Virus record (IMG/VR): IMGVR_UViG_3300031162_001159
Location: 6,650 to 70,649 of that record
Length of the DNA: 64,000 bases
Direction: 5' to 3' (one strand)
Origin: a virus
The translations under genes and the position numbers were made by a program. Each line of letters starts with the position of its first letter. Within the stretch, counting starts at the first letter, position 1. Positions 1-7,930 of the stretch are shown piece by piece. The notes under the pieces were generated by a model. That model worked only from the letters and a program-made list of their open reading frames with translations. It did not search any database and had not been told where the DNA came from.

Positions 1-376
1 ATCTGATGTGATGCGTAAAATGTATGAACCTATATGGCTCAATAGATGCATCAAGGATATTGTTTCAGAAGGTTCAGAGATAGCTGTTGTCCCAGATTGT
101 AGATTCACTAACGAATTACTTGGCGTCAAAAAACAGGGCGGCATAGTTATTGGACTAACTAGAGAACCATTTCCAGATCCACATATCTCAGAAAATTCTT
201 TCGATTTAGAGGATTGTGATTATGTTATAGATAATGAAAATATGACAATTGAAGAGAGTTGTCAAGAAATGTTCAAGATTCTTGTTGATCTAGAGTGGTT
301 GAAAAAGAAAGAAGCTCCTAAGAAAAGTAAGGGGACCATGAAGATAAACCCGAACAGGGAGGAAAAGAATGTTTGA
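1..376 (+). CDS. deoxynucleoside monophosphate kinase, C-terminal part (5'-truncated by window)
   Basis: 'IW...VVPDCRFTNE...GGIVI...HISE...D.VIDN' pattern of phage dNMP kinases; P-loop would lie upstream of the window. Confidence 0.75.
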   Translation, partial: SDVMRKMYEPIWLNRCIKDIVSEGSEIAVVPDCRFTNELLGVKKQGGIVIGLTREPFPDPHISENSFDLEDCDYVIDNENMTIEESCQEMFKILVDLEWLKKKEAPKKSKGTMKINPNREEKNV

Positions 377-938
377 ATTGCCAAAAAAGTTTGAAAGCTT
401 TACAGAGTATAGAAAGCAAAAAGTTATAGAGGTAGAATCTAAAGTAGATTATCAATATGGCTACATAAATATGGTAACTGTACATAATAGAGCTTTAGAG
501 GTCTGTGAGCAAGGCTTAAACAAAAAGATTGAGCATGAAGTATTCAAAATACTCATAAGGGATCATCAGCCTACAGTCCACACGACACCATCTAACTACT
601 TTGATGGGACACACACAGAAGAACATAAGAAGTATTGTATAGCTTATTGCTCCCCAGAGATGCTTGAATCTAGCGATATTCGTGATAAATTTGACAATGT
701 GATCGATGTATTAGAATTAGGGGTTGGAAAAGAATATAATTCTCTTGTAACATCTAGAATGGTCAAAGACTTTAGCACCATAAAAGATGAGTTTTTTATA
801 GTCGTTGATCCTCGTAGACTCCGTTTATCAAAGCTAGAATATGAGGCAGACATAGAAGCGGGTAAGATTAGATACTGGATGAAGCTTCTGTTCTCATATT
901 CGGCAGAATCATATCTAGTTATACAAAAAGGAGAATAA
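369..938 (+). CDS. hypothetical protein
   Basis: 189 aa ORF overlapping upstream stop, purine-rich RBS; no recognised motif. Confidence 0.6.
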   Translation: MFELPKKFESFTEYRKQKVIEVESKVDYQYGYINMVTVHNRALEVCEQGLNKKIEHEVFKILIRDHQPTVHTTPSNYFDGTHTEEHKKYCIAYCSPEMLESSDIRDKFDNVIDVLELGVGKEYNSLVTSRMVKDFSTIKDEFFIVVDPRRLRLSKLEYEADIEAGKIRYWMKLLFSYSAESYLVIQKGE

Positions 939-942
939 CGAC

Positions 943-1968
943 ATCTTTGCAACATATTTACGCAGTTCGAGCTACAATACATATGACTTTTGCCCGATGC
1001 AATACTTCATCAATTATAATCTGGGAATTCCCGGAGCTAATTGGAAGGCTTCAACGCGAGGCACTATAATTCATAAGGTGATGGAAGTCCTCGCGGGATT
1101 CAAAAAGTTTGAACAGGACAACCCAAAGAAGAAATACCTATTGTTAGACGATGACAATCTTGGGCCTCTTAAGATCCATAAAGATAAATTTAGGACTGAG
1201 GAATACATCCAAACATTAATAGATGATTGTTATGATTACTACACTAGCAAGTGTGAGAATACATACAAAGACGAAGACTATAAATTCTGTGTAAAATGGT
1301 CAGAAAAAGCCCTATCCTTTAATGATGGAGAATTTGATCCGAGAAATCAGAACATCTTATGTCCAGAACAGCACTTTGATATTGAATTTGAAGAAGATTG
1401 GGCTAAGTACGAATATGAGATGCCTGATGGTAGAACACTCTCTGGTCAACTCAGTATAAAAGGGACGATTGACCTACTCACTCTTGAAGATGAAGAGACT
1501 ATTGAAGTTATAGACTACAAAACAGGTCAAAGAAAAAACTTTGCCACTGGTAAAAAGAAGGACAGGGAATATTTTGAAAAAGATCCTCAGCTTTTGCTCT
1601 ACTTTTATGCAATCAAAAAGTTATATCCTGAATATAAAAACGTGATCATGACGATATATTGGGTGCGTGATGGTGGACCATTCAGTATCAGCTTCGATGA
1701 TGTCGATGAAGAATATTTCCTTGAGAAGATTAAGGAGCGTTTCAACGAGATAGTTGAAGATAAACACCCAACATGTATTAAATATAATCCATCCAAGAAG
1801 AGTAACTGCTATATGTGTAGGTACTATAAGGATAATTGGCCTAATACAAACACTAAGATCTGCAACTTTGTAGAAAAGAATTTGGACTATTTAGGTATGG
1901 ATGAGACTATTAGGGTTTGTGGTGAAGAAGGCTACGATATTAATTACTACCACGCACCGGGAAGTTAG
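943..1968 (+). CDS. PD-(D/E)XK exonuclease, Cas4/RecB(AddB)-like; probable non-canonical ATC start at 943 (ORF track starts at 997)
   Basis: RGTIIHKVME, KGTIDLL, VIDYKTG, QLLLY motifs; C-terminal CxxC. Frame is open from 919 and encodes YLRSSSYNTYDFCP upstream of ATG997; AGGAG at 929-933. Confidence 0.85.
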   Translation: MFATYLRSSSYNTYDFCPMQYFINYNLGIPGANWKASTRGTIIHKVMEVLAGFKKFEQDNPKKKYLLLDDDNLGPLKIHKDKFRTEEYIQTLIDDCYDYYTSKCENTYKDEDYKFCVKWSEKALSFNDGEFDPRNQNILCPEQHFDIEFEEDWAKYEYEMPDGRTLSGQLSIKGTIDLLTLEDEETIEVIDYKTGQRKNFATGKKKDREYFEKDPQLLLYFYAIKKLYPEYKNVIMTIYWVRDGGPFSISFDDVDEEYFLEKIKERFNEIVEDKHPTCIKYNPSKKSNCYMCRYYKDNWPNTNTKICNFVEKNLDYLGMDETIRVCGEEGYDINYYHAPGS

Positions 1969-1977
1969 GGATTTTAA

Positions 1978-4560
1978 ATGCTAAGAAACTATACACACAA
2001 TTCGTTACACAAATCATTCATTACACCGAAAAAGCTTGTGAAAGCAACAAAAAAAATGGGGTTGGATTTTGTGGGTATCTGTGATGAGAACACGATATCT
2101 GGAATGGTGGAGTTCTACAAGGAATGTAAAGATAAGGAAATTAAGCCGGTTATTGGTTGTGAGTTCTCAGTTGGTGATGAAAGGTTTCCTCTGTTTGCTC
2201 TTAATAGAGATGGTCTTAACTCCCTAATTTCTGCTTGTTCTAAAATAGGTTTGGGAGAAACGTTGAGTCAAGAGGATATTGATATTCTTAAATCTAGTGA
2301 TGATATCGTGGAATATCACGACTGTCAAACCGCTAGATATTTAGAGGGGGATTACGATGAATTTAAATTAATCGTTGATTCAAACAAAGATATTGATAAA
2401 GATGAAAAAACAGAGATTAAAGAAAACGCAAATGCTCTCAAAAATTACGTTGATGAAGAGGCAATAAACAAAGTAAGGGCAGAGATTGTAGATCGCGTTG
2501 AAGACTACGGTCTAGCATCAAGACCAGTCCTCCCCTTTTTCTCTTGCCCAAACAACATGGATCAAGATGAATATCTTCGTCACCTTTGTAGAGAAGGGTG
2601 GAGAGATAAGCTGATTGGTTCTGGTAAGATAGACACAGAAGAAGCCAAGAAGGAATATGCAGACAGGGTAAAATATGAATTAGAGGTTCTTCAAGGTGCT
2701 GGACTCTCTGGATATTTTCTTGTCGTCCACGATATTGTTAATTATGTAAGAGAGCAGGGTTGGATTCCGGGACCGGGACGTGGAAGTGCGGCTGGCTGTC
2801 TCGTCTCTTATTTAGTGGGTATTACCTCAACAGATCCAATATCTCATGGACTACTCTTTGGTCGATTTTATAATAAGTCACGTAACACTGAGACTCGTGT
2901 TGAGCTTCCAGATATTGACTTAGATATTCCATCAGAGAATAGAGAACAGGTTCTTGACTATATCAAAGAAAAGTATGGAAACAGTAATGTTTGTCATATC
3001 GGAACATTCGGTACATTGCAGGGGCGTTCTGCTCTAGAGACTGTTTTTAAGGCAAGAACCAACATGACTTTTACAGAAGTCAAAGAAATGACTAAGATGC
3101 TGCCAGAAAAGGCTAGGGTCGAAGATTTAATGGAAGAATCGGAAGAAGATTCCTTGATCCTCTGGACTTTAAAACATAGGCCAGAGATTTTAAATAAATG
3201 GTGTCGTGTAAGTATCGATGATGAGACCAACGAGCTTAGATATCTTGGCGATTATGGTGATCTTTTTGAAATCGCTGTTGAAATTGAAGGTATCTACCGA
3301 TCTTATGGTAAACATGCCGCTGGTGTAATTATTTCACCTAGTGCTATCAAAGATATCATGCCTGTTCGTATTGATAAAGATGGGGATATTGTAAGTACAC
3401 TGACCATGAAAGAAGTTGAATTTATGGGCGGTGTTAAGTTTGATATTCTTGGAGTTGATATTCTTGGTAAAGTCCTAAGTATTATCAATAAGAGCAAATT
3501 GATTCCCGGCATCGAAGTTTTAAAGGATTTTGACGATGAAGAGGTTTGGGATCTAATTTCCTCTGGCAAGACCAAAGGTATATTTCAGCTAGATTCCAAC
3601 ACTGGTCAAACGTGGTCAGCAAAGGTAAAACCCAGAAATATTGATGAGTTGTCAGACCTATGCTCTATTATTAGACCGGGAACACTGAATGCTAAGATGG
3701 ATGGAAAAAGTATGGCAACACACTATGTTGACCGTAAGTTTGGTGAAGAGTTTGAGTTCATTCACAAGGCACTTGAACCTATCCTAAAAGATACCTATGG
3801 TATTATTGTATATCAAGAGCAGAGTATGAAAATTGCTAGAGATATCGCCGGTTTCAGTGAAGAAATGGCTGATCAATTGCGTAAGGCTATCGGTAAAAAA
3901 GATGCAAAACTTATGAAAGAACTTAAATCCGAGTTTCTTGATGGGTGTAAAGAACAGGGGATTATAGATGATGATACGGCCTTGATTGTTTATGAGAATA
4001 TCGAGAAGTCAAACAGATATTCGTTCAATAAATCACACGGTGTCGTTTATGCTGTTAACGCCTACTGGTCTGCCTACTGCAAAGTCCATGATATTAATTA
4101 CTTTTTTGAGGTATATCTAAACCGTGCTTATAAGAAACCAAAATGGAAAATTGAGATCAAAGACTTAGTGATGGATTGTCGCCAATTTAACGTGGACGTA
4201 AGACCGCCAAACTTGAGCAGATTATATGAAGAGTTTTTCTATAATGAAGGTGACAATGTTATTTACTACGGTCTTTCGAAGATAAAAAATGTCGGATCAT
4301 CAGAAACTCAGAGATTTTTTGATGCTGTCAAGGAAGTTGAACTACAATTAGATAGAGGAATAGACAAGTTCGATTGGACTGAGGTTCTGTTGTTGGTTCT
4401 GAGTCGTGTCAACAAGAAAATGGCAGAAGCATTGATACAAAGTGGTTCGATCAATAGTAAAGAAATCAATATAGATAGGAATGAAATGATGTATGAGTAT
4501 GAAACTCTTAGAAATTTACTTAAAAAAGAAATAGATTGGATGAGGGAAAATTATGTTTGA
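1978..4560 (+). CDS. dnaE: DNA polymerase III alpha subunit (C family), N-terminal part: degenerate PHP, palm, fingers, HhH
   Basis: GPGRGSAAGCLVSYL, PDIDLD, HAAGVII, KFDILG, YQEQ.M, YSFNKSH motifs; ends before the OB fold. Confidence 0.95.
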   Translation: MLRNYTHNSLHKSFITPKKLVKATKKMGLDFVGICDENTISGMVEFYKECKDKEIKPVIGCEFSVGDERFPLFALNRDGLNSLISACSKIGLGETLSQEDIDILKSSDDIVEYHDCQTARYLEGDYDEFKLIVDSNKDIDKDEKTEIKENANALKNYVDEEAINKVRAEIVDRVEDYGLASRPVLPFFSCPNNMDQDEYLRHLCREGWRDKLIGSGKIDTEEAKKEYADRVKYELEVLQGAGLSGYFLVVHDIVNYVREQGWIPGPGRGSAAGCLVSYLVGITSTDPISHGLLFGRFYNKSRNTETRVELPDIDLDIPSENREQVLDYIKEKYGNSNVCHIGTFGTLQGRSALETVFKARTNMTFTEVKEMTKMLPEKARVEDLMEESEEDSLILWTLKHRPEILNKWCRVSIDDETNELRYLGDYGDLFEIAVEIEGIYRSYGKHAAGVIISPSAIKDIMPVRIDKDGDIVSTLTMKEVEFMGGVKFDILGVDILGKVLSIINKSKLIPGIEVLKDFDDEEVWDLISSGKTKGIFQLDSNTGQTWSAKVKPRNIDELSDLCSIIRPGTLNAKMDGKSMATHYVDRKFGEEFEFIHKALEPILKDTYGIIVYQEQSMKIARDIAGFSEEMADQLRKAIGKKDAKLMKELKSEFLDGCKEQGIIDDDTALIVYENIEKSNRYSFNKSHGVVYAVNAYWSAYCKVHDINYFFEVYLNRAYKKPKWKIEIKDLVMDCRQFNVDVRPPNLSRLYEEFFYNEGDNVIYYGLSKIKNVGSSETQRFFDAVKEVELQLDRGIDKFDWTEVLLLVLSRVNKKMAEALIQSGSINSKEINIDRNEMMYEYETLRNLLKKEIDWMRENYV

Positions 4561-4795
4561 TTTGAATAGTGTTAAAGATGTTGTTAAGAAGGGTGGAACT
4601 GTAGAATACAGAGGTAATAGTGTCTGCAATTTAGAGAAGGTGCTGAATTACCCATTCAAAACTGATACACCATATCAAGTAAATCTCGCAAAATCAAAAT
4701 ATAACAAGAAAACTGGTGAGTATGAGGGCGATGCTCTCTATAATGATCTTGAGGAAGCAGCAAAATACTTTATTGAGGAATGTAGAAAATCATGA
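4553..4795 (+). CDS. hypothetical protein
   Basis: 80 aa; overlaps dnaE stop; coupled to next gene (ATGA). Confidence 0.6.
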   Translation: MFDLNSVKDVVKKGGTVEYRGNSVCNLEKVLNYPFKTDTPYQVNLAKSKYNKKTGEYEGDALYNDLEEAAKYFIEECRKS

Positions 4796-5211
4796 AAACA
4801 ATTATTTGTGGACCAAGAGACTTTAACGATTACGAAGAACTTTGTTTGGCTATTCAAAAATCTGGAATCAAGATTACTCAGGTGGTTAGTGGTGCAGCTT
4901 CTGGTGCTGACAGTTTGGGGGAGAGATGGGCCAGAGAGAACAAGATACCTGTTGTCAAGTTCAAACCAAAATGGAACGATATATCCCATCCAAAAGCTGT
5001 AGTAAAGACCAATGCTTATGGAAAGTATAATGCACTGGCTGGTTTTATTCGGAATGAAGAGATGGCTATGCACGCACAAGCCTGTATTGCTATTGATACT
5101 GGTTCAAATGATGATATGATTGAGAAAGCAAAAGAAAAAGAGTTGGAGGTTTATTGTCATCTTCCATATGAGAGCGATATGATGGATGAGATGAAGAAGG
5201 TGAAGTTTTGA
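4792..5211 (+). CDS. SLOG-superfamily protein (DUF2493/YspA-like)
   Basis: IICGPRDFNDY...VVSGAASGADSLGERWA...AGFIRNEEMA. Confidence 0.85.
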   Translation: MKTIICGPRDFNDYEELCLAIQKSGIKITQVVSGAASGADSLGERWARENKIPVVKFKPKWNDISHPKAVVKTNAYGKYNALAGFIRNEEMAMHAQACIAIDTGSNDDMIEKAKEKELEVYCHLPYESDMMDEMKKVKF

Positions 5212-5666
5212 GCTTCTTTAATTTCTTTGATAGTGATACTAGAGAAAGACCAAGGCGTGTGACTATTGGGGATAATAGTCCTAGATGGTGTATTACATGT
5301 GGGGAAAAGATAGATCAAGACCCTAATAGTACCGCTATTGAATATAATTGTCCCAACAATCACTGGAATTCAATTTTTCATTATAGTGAACCGCAAGGGG
5401 GATATATACAAAATTGTCCAACTTGTGAGGCCACTAGAAAAACCACTTGTTCTGCTTGTGGGTGTGGTAACTGTTTAACATGTGGTCAGAGATTCTCTTG
5501 TGGTAGTGACATCATTATTAATCTAGAGCCTCAGCACCTAAAAATACCACAAACAAAAGATGACAAAACTATAAACGAAATAGATAAAGTATTAAAGTCT
5601 GGTATGTACCCAGACGATCAACTGATAGAAATAGAAATGATTTTAAAGGAATATTATGCCACTTAA
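5208..5666 (+). CDS. Cys-rich multi zinc-ribbon protein
   Basis: CITC, CPNNH, CPTC, CSACGCGNCLTC; TTG start overlapping upstream stop. Confidence 0.6.
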   Translation: MSFFNFFDSDTRERPRRVTIGDNSPRWCITCGEKIDQDPNSTAIEYNCPNNHWNSIFHYSEPQGGYIQNCPTCEATRKTTCSACGCGNCLTCGQRFSCGSDIIINLEPQHLKIPQTKDDKTINEIDKVLKSGMYPDDQLIEIEMILKEYYAT

Positions 5667-6354
5667 TTTAGTACCATACTGCATATTTGATACAGAAACT
5701 GGCTCGCGTAACCCCCACAACACTCAAGTAACTCAGCTTGCAGCTATTATGCTTGATCCCCGTAGCCTAAAAATTAAGGCTGGTGGCGAATTCAATTGCG
5801 AAATACGTGCATATATCGATGACGAAGTAGCTATCGAGAAGGGACTTGCCCCGCTTGAAGAGGACGCTCTGAGAATCACTGGAAAGACCAGAGAAGAGAT
5901 TGATAAGGCACAGGAATTGACAATCGTCTGGGATAAATTCACAAGTTGGGTGAAAAAGTTCAATAAAAGCAATAATATTTTTACTGCACCTATTCCAGTT
6001 GGCTATAATATTAATAACTTCGACCTACCAATCATCAATAGATTGTGTCATCAGTTCGGAAACGTTAGTGATAAAGATAAGCGACCAAATCTATTCAATG
6101 CAATTAGAAAGGTCGATATGATGGATGATTTGTGGATGTGGACAGAAAGTGATCCAGAAGTCAAGTCTCTCAGTATGGATAACGTAAGACAATGGTTGGG
6201 TTTTCCAGAAGAGAGTTCTGCGAACGCACACGATGCTTTGCAAGACGTTAAGGATACGGGAAACCTGTTTATTAAGTTCCTGAAATATTATAGGAATATT
6301 ACAAAAGAAACTAAGTTCGAGAATGCATTTGCTAAATCTGGGATGTATATATGA
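5656..6354 (+). CDS. DEDDh 3'-5' exonuclease (DnaQ / Pol III epsilon-like)
   Basis: FDTETG (ExoI), GYNINNFD (ExoII), AHDALQD (ExoIII). Confidence 0.9.
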   Translation: MPLNLVPYCIFDTETGSRNPHNTQVTQLAAIMLDPRSLKIKAGGEFNCEIRAYIDDEVAIEKGLAPLEEDALRITGKTREEIDKAQELTIVWDKFTSWVKKFNKSNNIFTAPIPVGYNINNFDLPIINRLCHQFGNVSDKDKRPNLFNAIRKVDMMDDLWMWTESDPEVKSLSMDNVRQWLGFPEESSANAHDALQDVKDTGNLFIKFLKYYRNITKETKFENAFAKSGMYI

Positions 6355-6749
6355 AACCATATCTAATTCATGAAGAAGAATATACAGCATATGTAATCCC
6401 AACAGGTGGTCGCCGTATACCAAACAAGTGTGTATACGGTGATCCTATAGATTTTAAAAAATTTTCCTATTTTAAAAATGGGGAATTCTATGGCTGCTTA
6501 AATCTAACAGAAAATGAGCACTATATCATAAAGGATGAGTTGGAGAAGTTTTGTAAAGCCAATGTTTTAGTGTTGCATTACTATAGAAAGTTGAAAAGAG
6601 GACACGTTCCGTGTTACAGAGAATTCAAGGTAAGCGGTCATTCATTACATATGAGCCTACTTGATAAATTTTTAGAGGAGCACAAACTATTTGAACATAT
6701 GGAAAGAAATCCTAACACTATAGAGGAAAAAAGGAAAAATGAGAAGTAA
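6351..6749 (+). CDS. hypothetical protein
   Basis: 132 aa; ATGA coupling. Confidence 0.55.
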   Translation: MKPYLIHEEEYTAYVIPTGGRRIPNKCVYGDPIDFKKFSYFKNGEFYGCLNLTENEHYIIKDELEKFCKANVLVLHYYRKLKRGHVPCYREFKVSGHSLHMSLLDKFLEEHKLFEHMERNPNTIEEKRKNEK

Positions 6750-7038
6750 AACATGTGATACCTACGGAAATGTAGCCAAGTATGATATGAGAAGACCAAC
6801 TCACCCATACTCTGGAAAAAGAAGAGAGGTATATCAGGAGGGTTATTCAAACCTTAGACCGCTACCATCATTAAGTGGACCCTGCCCATGTAGTGTCCCT
6901 AAAGTTGATGTAGAAATGCCATATTATAAAACTAATGAGGATGGAACAAAGTCGATAGCATATAAGACGGTTGCTGTTCCAGATACTTATAGAAATTGCT
7001 GCTTAAAAAAGAATAGAGTACATGAAAAGATTAACTGA
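6739..7038 (+). CDS. small protein with interrupted SEC-C-like metal-binding motif
   Basis: GPCPCS ... YRNCC resembles SEC-C (PCPCGSGKKYKxCC) with an insertion. Confidence 0.55.
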   Translation: MRSKTCDTYGNVAKYDMRRPTHPYSGKRREVYQEGYSNLRPLPSLSGPCPCSVPKVDVEMPYYKTNEDGTKSIAYKTVAVPDTYRNCCLKKNRVHEKIN

Positions 7039-7531
7039 TCAAATAGCAAATCTTATAAATGCAGATCGCAAAACGACAGCACCACGTACAGAGAAGGTTG
7101 TCAAAATTAAGAGAGCATTGGATAATCCGATGCAGACACTTAAAGATGATGAAAGATATATCTGCGAAAAAGAAGAAGAGTTTTTTGGTGTTAGTCTTAC
7201 ATATTCGGTAGCTGACACGGTTGATATAAATACTAGATATGACTGTGGAAATGTTTTGAAAGAAGCACCTAGCAAGAAGAATGTTGTAATTGTTGGTCAA
7301 GTTTCAAGATGGAATGAAACTAAGGTTAAGAATGGAAAAAACGGTGGTAAAGACATGTGTTTTATCACAATTGAAGATTCTACCGGAAGATTGGACGTTG
7401 TTTGCTTCTCAGATGCCTATAATTCAGATGTGAAGGCTCATCTTTATTCGGGAAGCATCATCTTAATAGATGGCAGAGTGTCTGAGGATAGAAGATCCTT
7501 TATCGTTGATAAGGTTAAACAAGCGGAATAA
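7022..7531 (+). CDS. dnaE: DNA polymerase III alpha, separate C-terminal part with OB fold
   Basis: EEEFFGVSLT (cf. E.e.lG.y.s), then VVIVGQV...TK..G.DMCFITIEDSTGRLDVVCFSDAY...IILIDGRV, the DnaE OB fold. Confidence 0.9.
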   Translation: MKRLTDQIANLINADRKTTAPRTEKVVKIKRALDNPMQTLKDDERYICEKEEEFFGVSLTYSVADTVDINTRYDCGNVLKEAPSKKNVVIVGQVSRWNETKVKNGKNGGKDMCFITIEDSTGRLDVVCFSDAYNSDVKAHLYSGSIILIDGRVSEDRRSFIVDKVKQAE

Positions 7532-7585
7532 GATCTCATGTTGGGATCTAAAAATAGATGTAGTTTTAAGAGGAGAGTTCAAGAG

Positions 7586-7930
7586 ATGAATATTTGTATT
7601 TTTACAGGAAGATTGACTAGAGACCCTGAGACCCGCGATGCGGGTGGCAATACCGTAACATCATTCGGTATGGCTATTGATGATTCTTATAAGAACAAGA
7701 GCACTGGTGAACGAGTTGACCAAGCTGTTTTTCTTGATTTTGAATGCTGGGGTCAAAGAGGTGAAGTTCTTTCCAGTTATGTTAAGAAGGGTGACGAGCT
7801 AAAGATTCAAGGTCGTGCCAAGCAAGATAATTGGGAGAGTAAAGAGGGACAGAAGAGAAGCAAGGTTCTCTTTACTGTAATGGACTTCGAATTCGGTCAA
7901 AAGAAGGGTGGAGGACAGAAGAGTGAGTAG
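7586..7930 (+). CDS. ssb: single-stranded DNA-binding protein
   Basis: MNICIFTGRLTRDPE...F.MA...FLDFECWG...GR...WESKEGQKRSK; AGGAG upstream of ATG7586. Confidence 0.92.
   Translation: MNICIFTGRLTRDPETRDAGGNTVTSFGMAIDDSYKNKSTGERVDQAVFLDFECWGQRGEVLSSYVKKGDELKIQGRAKQDNWESKEGQKRSKVLFTVMDFEFGQKKGGGQKSE

Noticed and set aside
943-1968. CRISPR-Cas system suggested by the Cas4-like nuclease
   Set aside because: No repeat-spacer array or other cas genes seen; solo Cas4/RecB-like nucleases are common in phage replication modules.
4500-7060. Split intein or group I/II intron joining the DnaE halves
   Set aside because: No Cys/Ser-initiated intein N-block, no HN-C/S/T end, no intron-encoded RT or endonuclease; the gap is filled with ordinary coupled genes.
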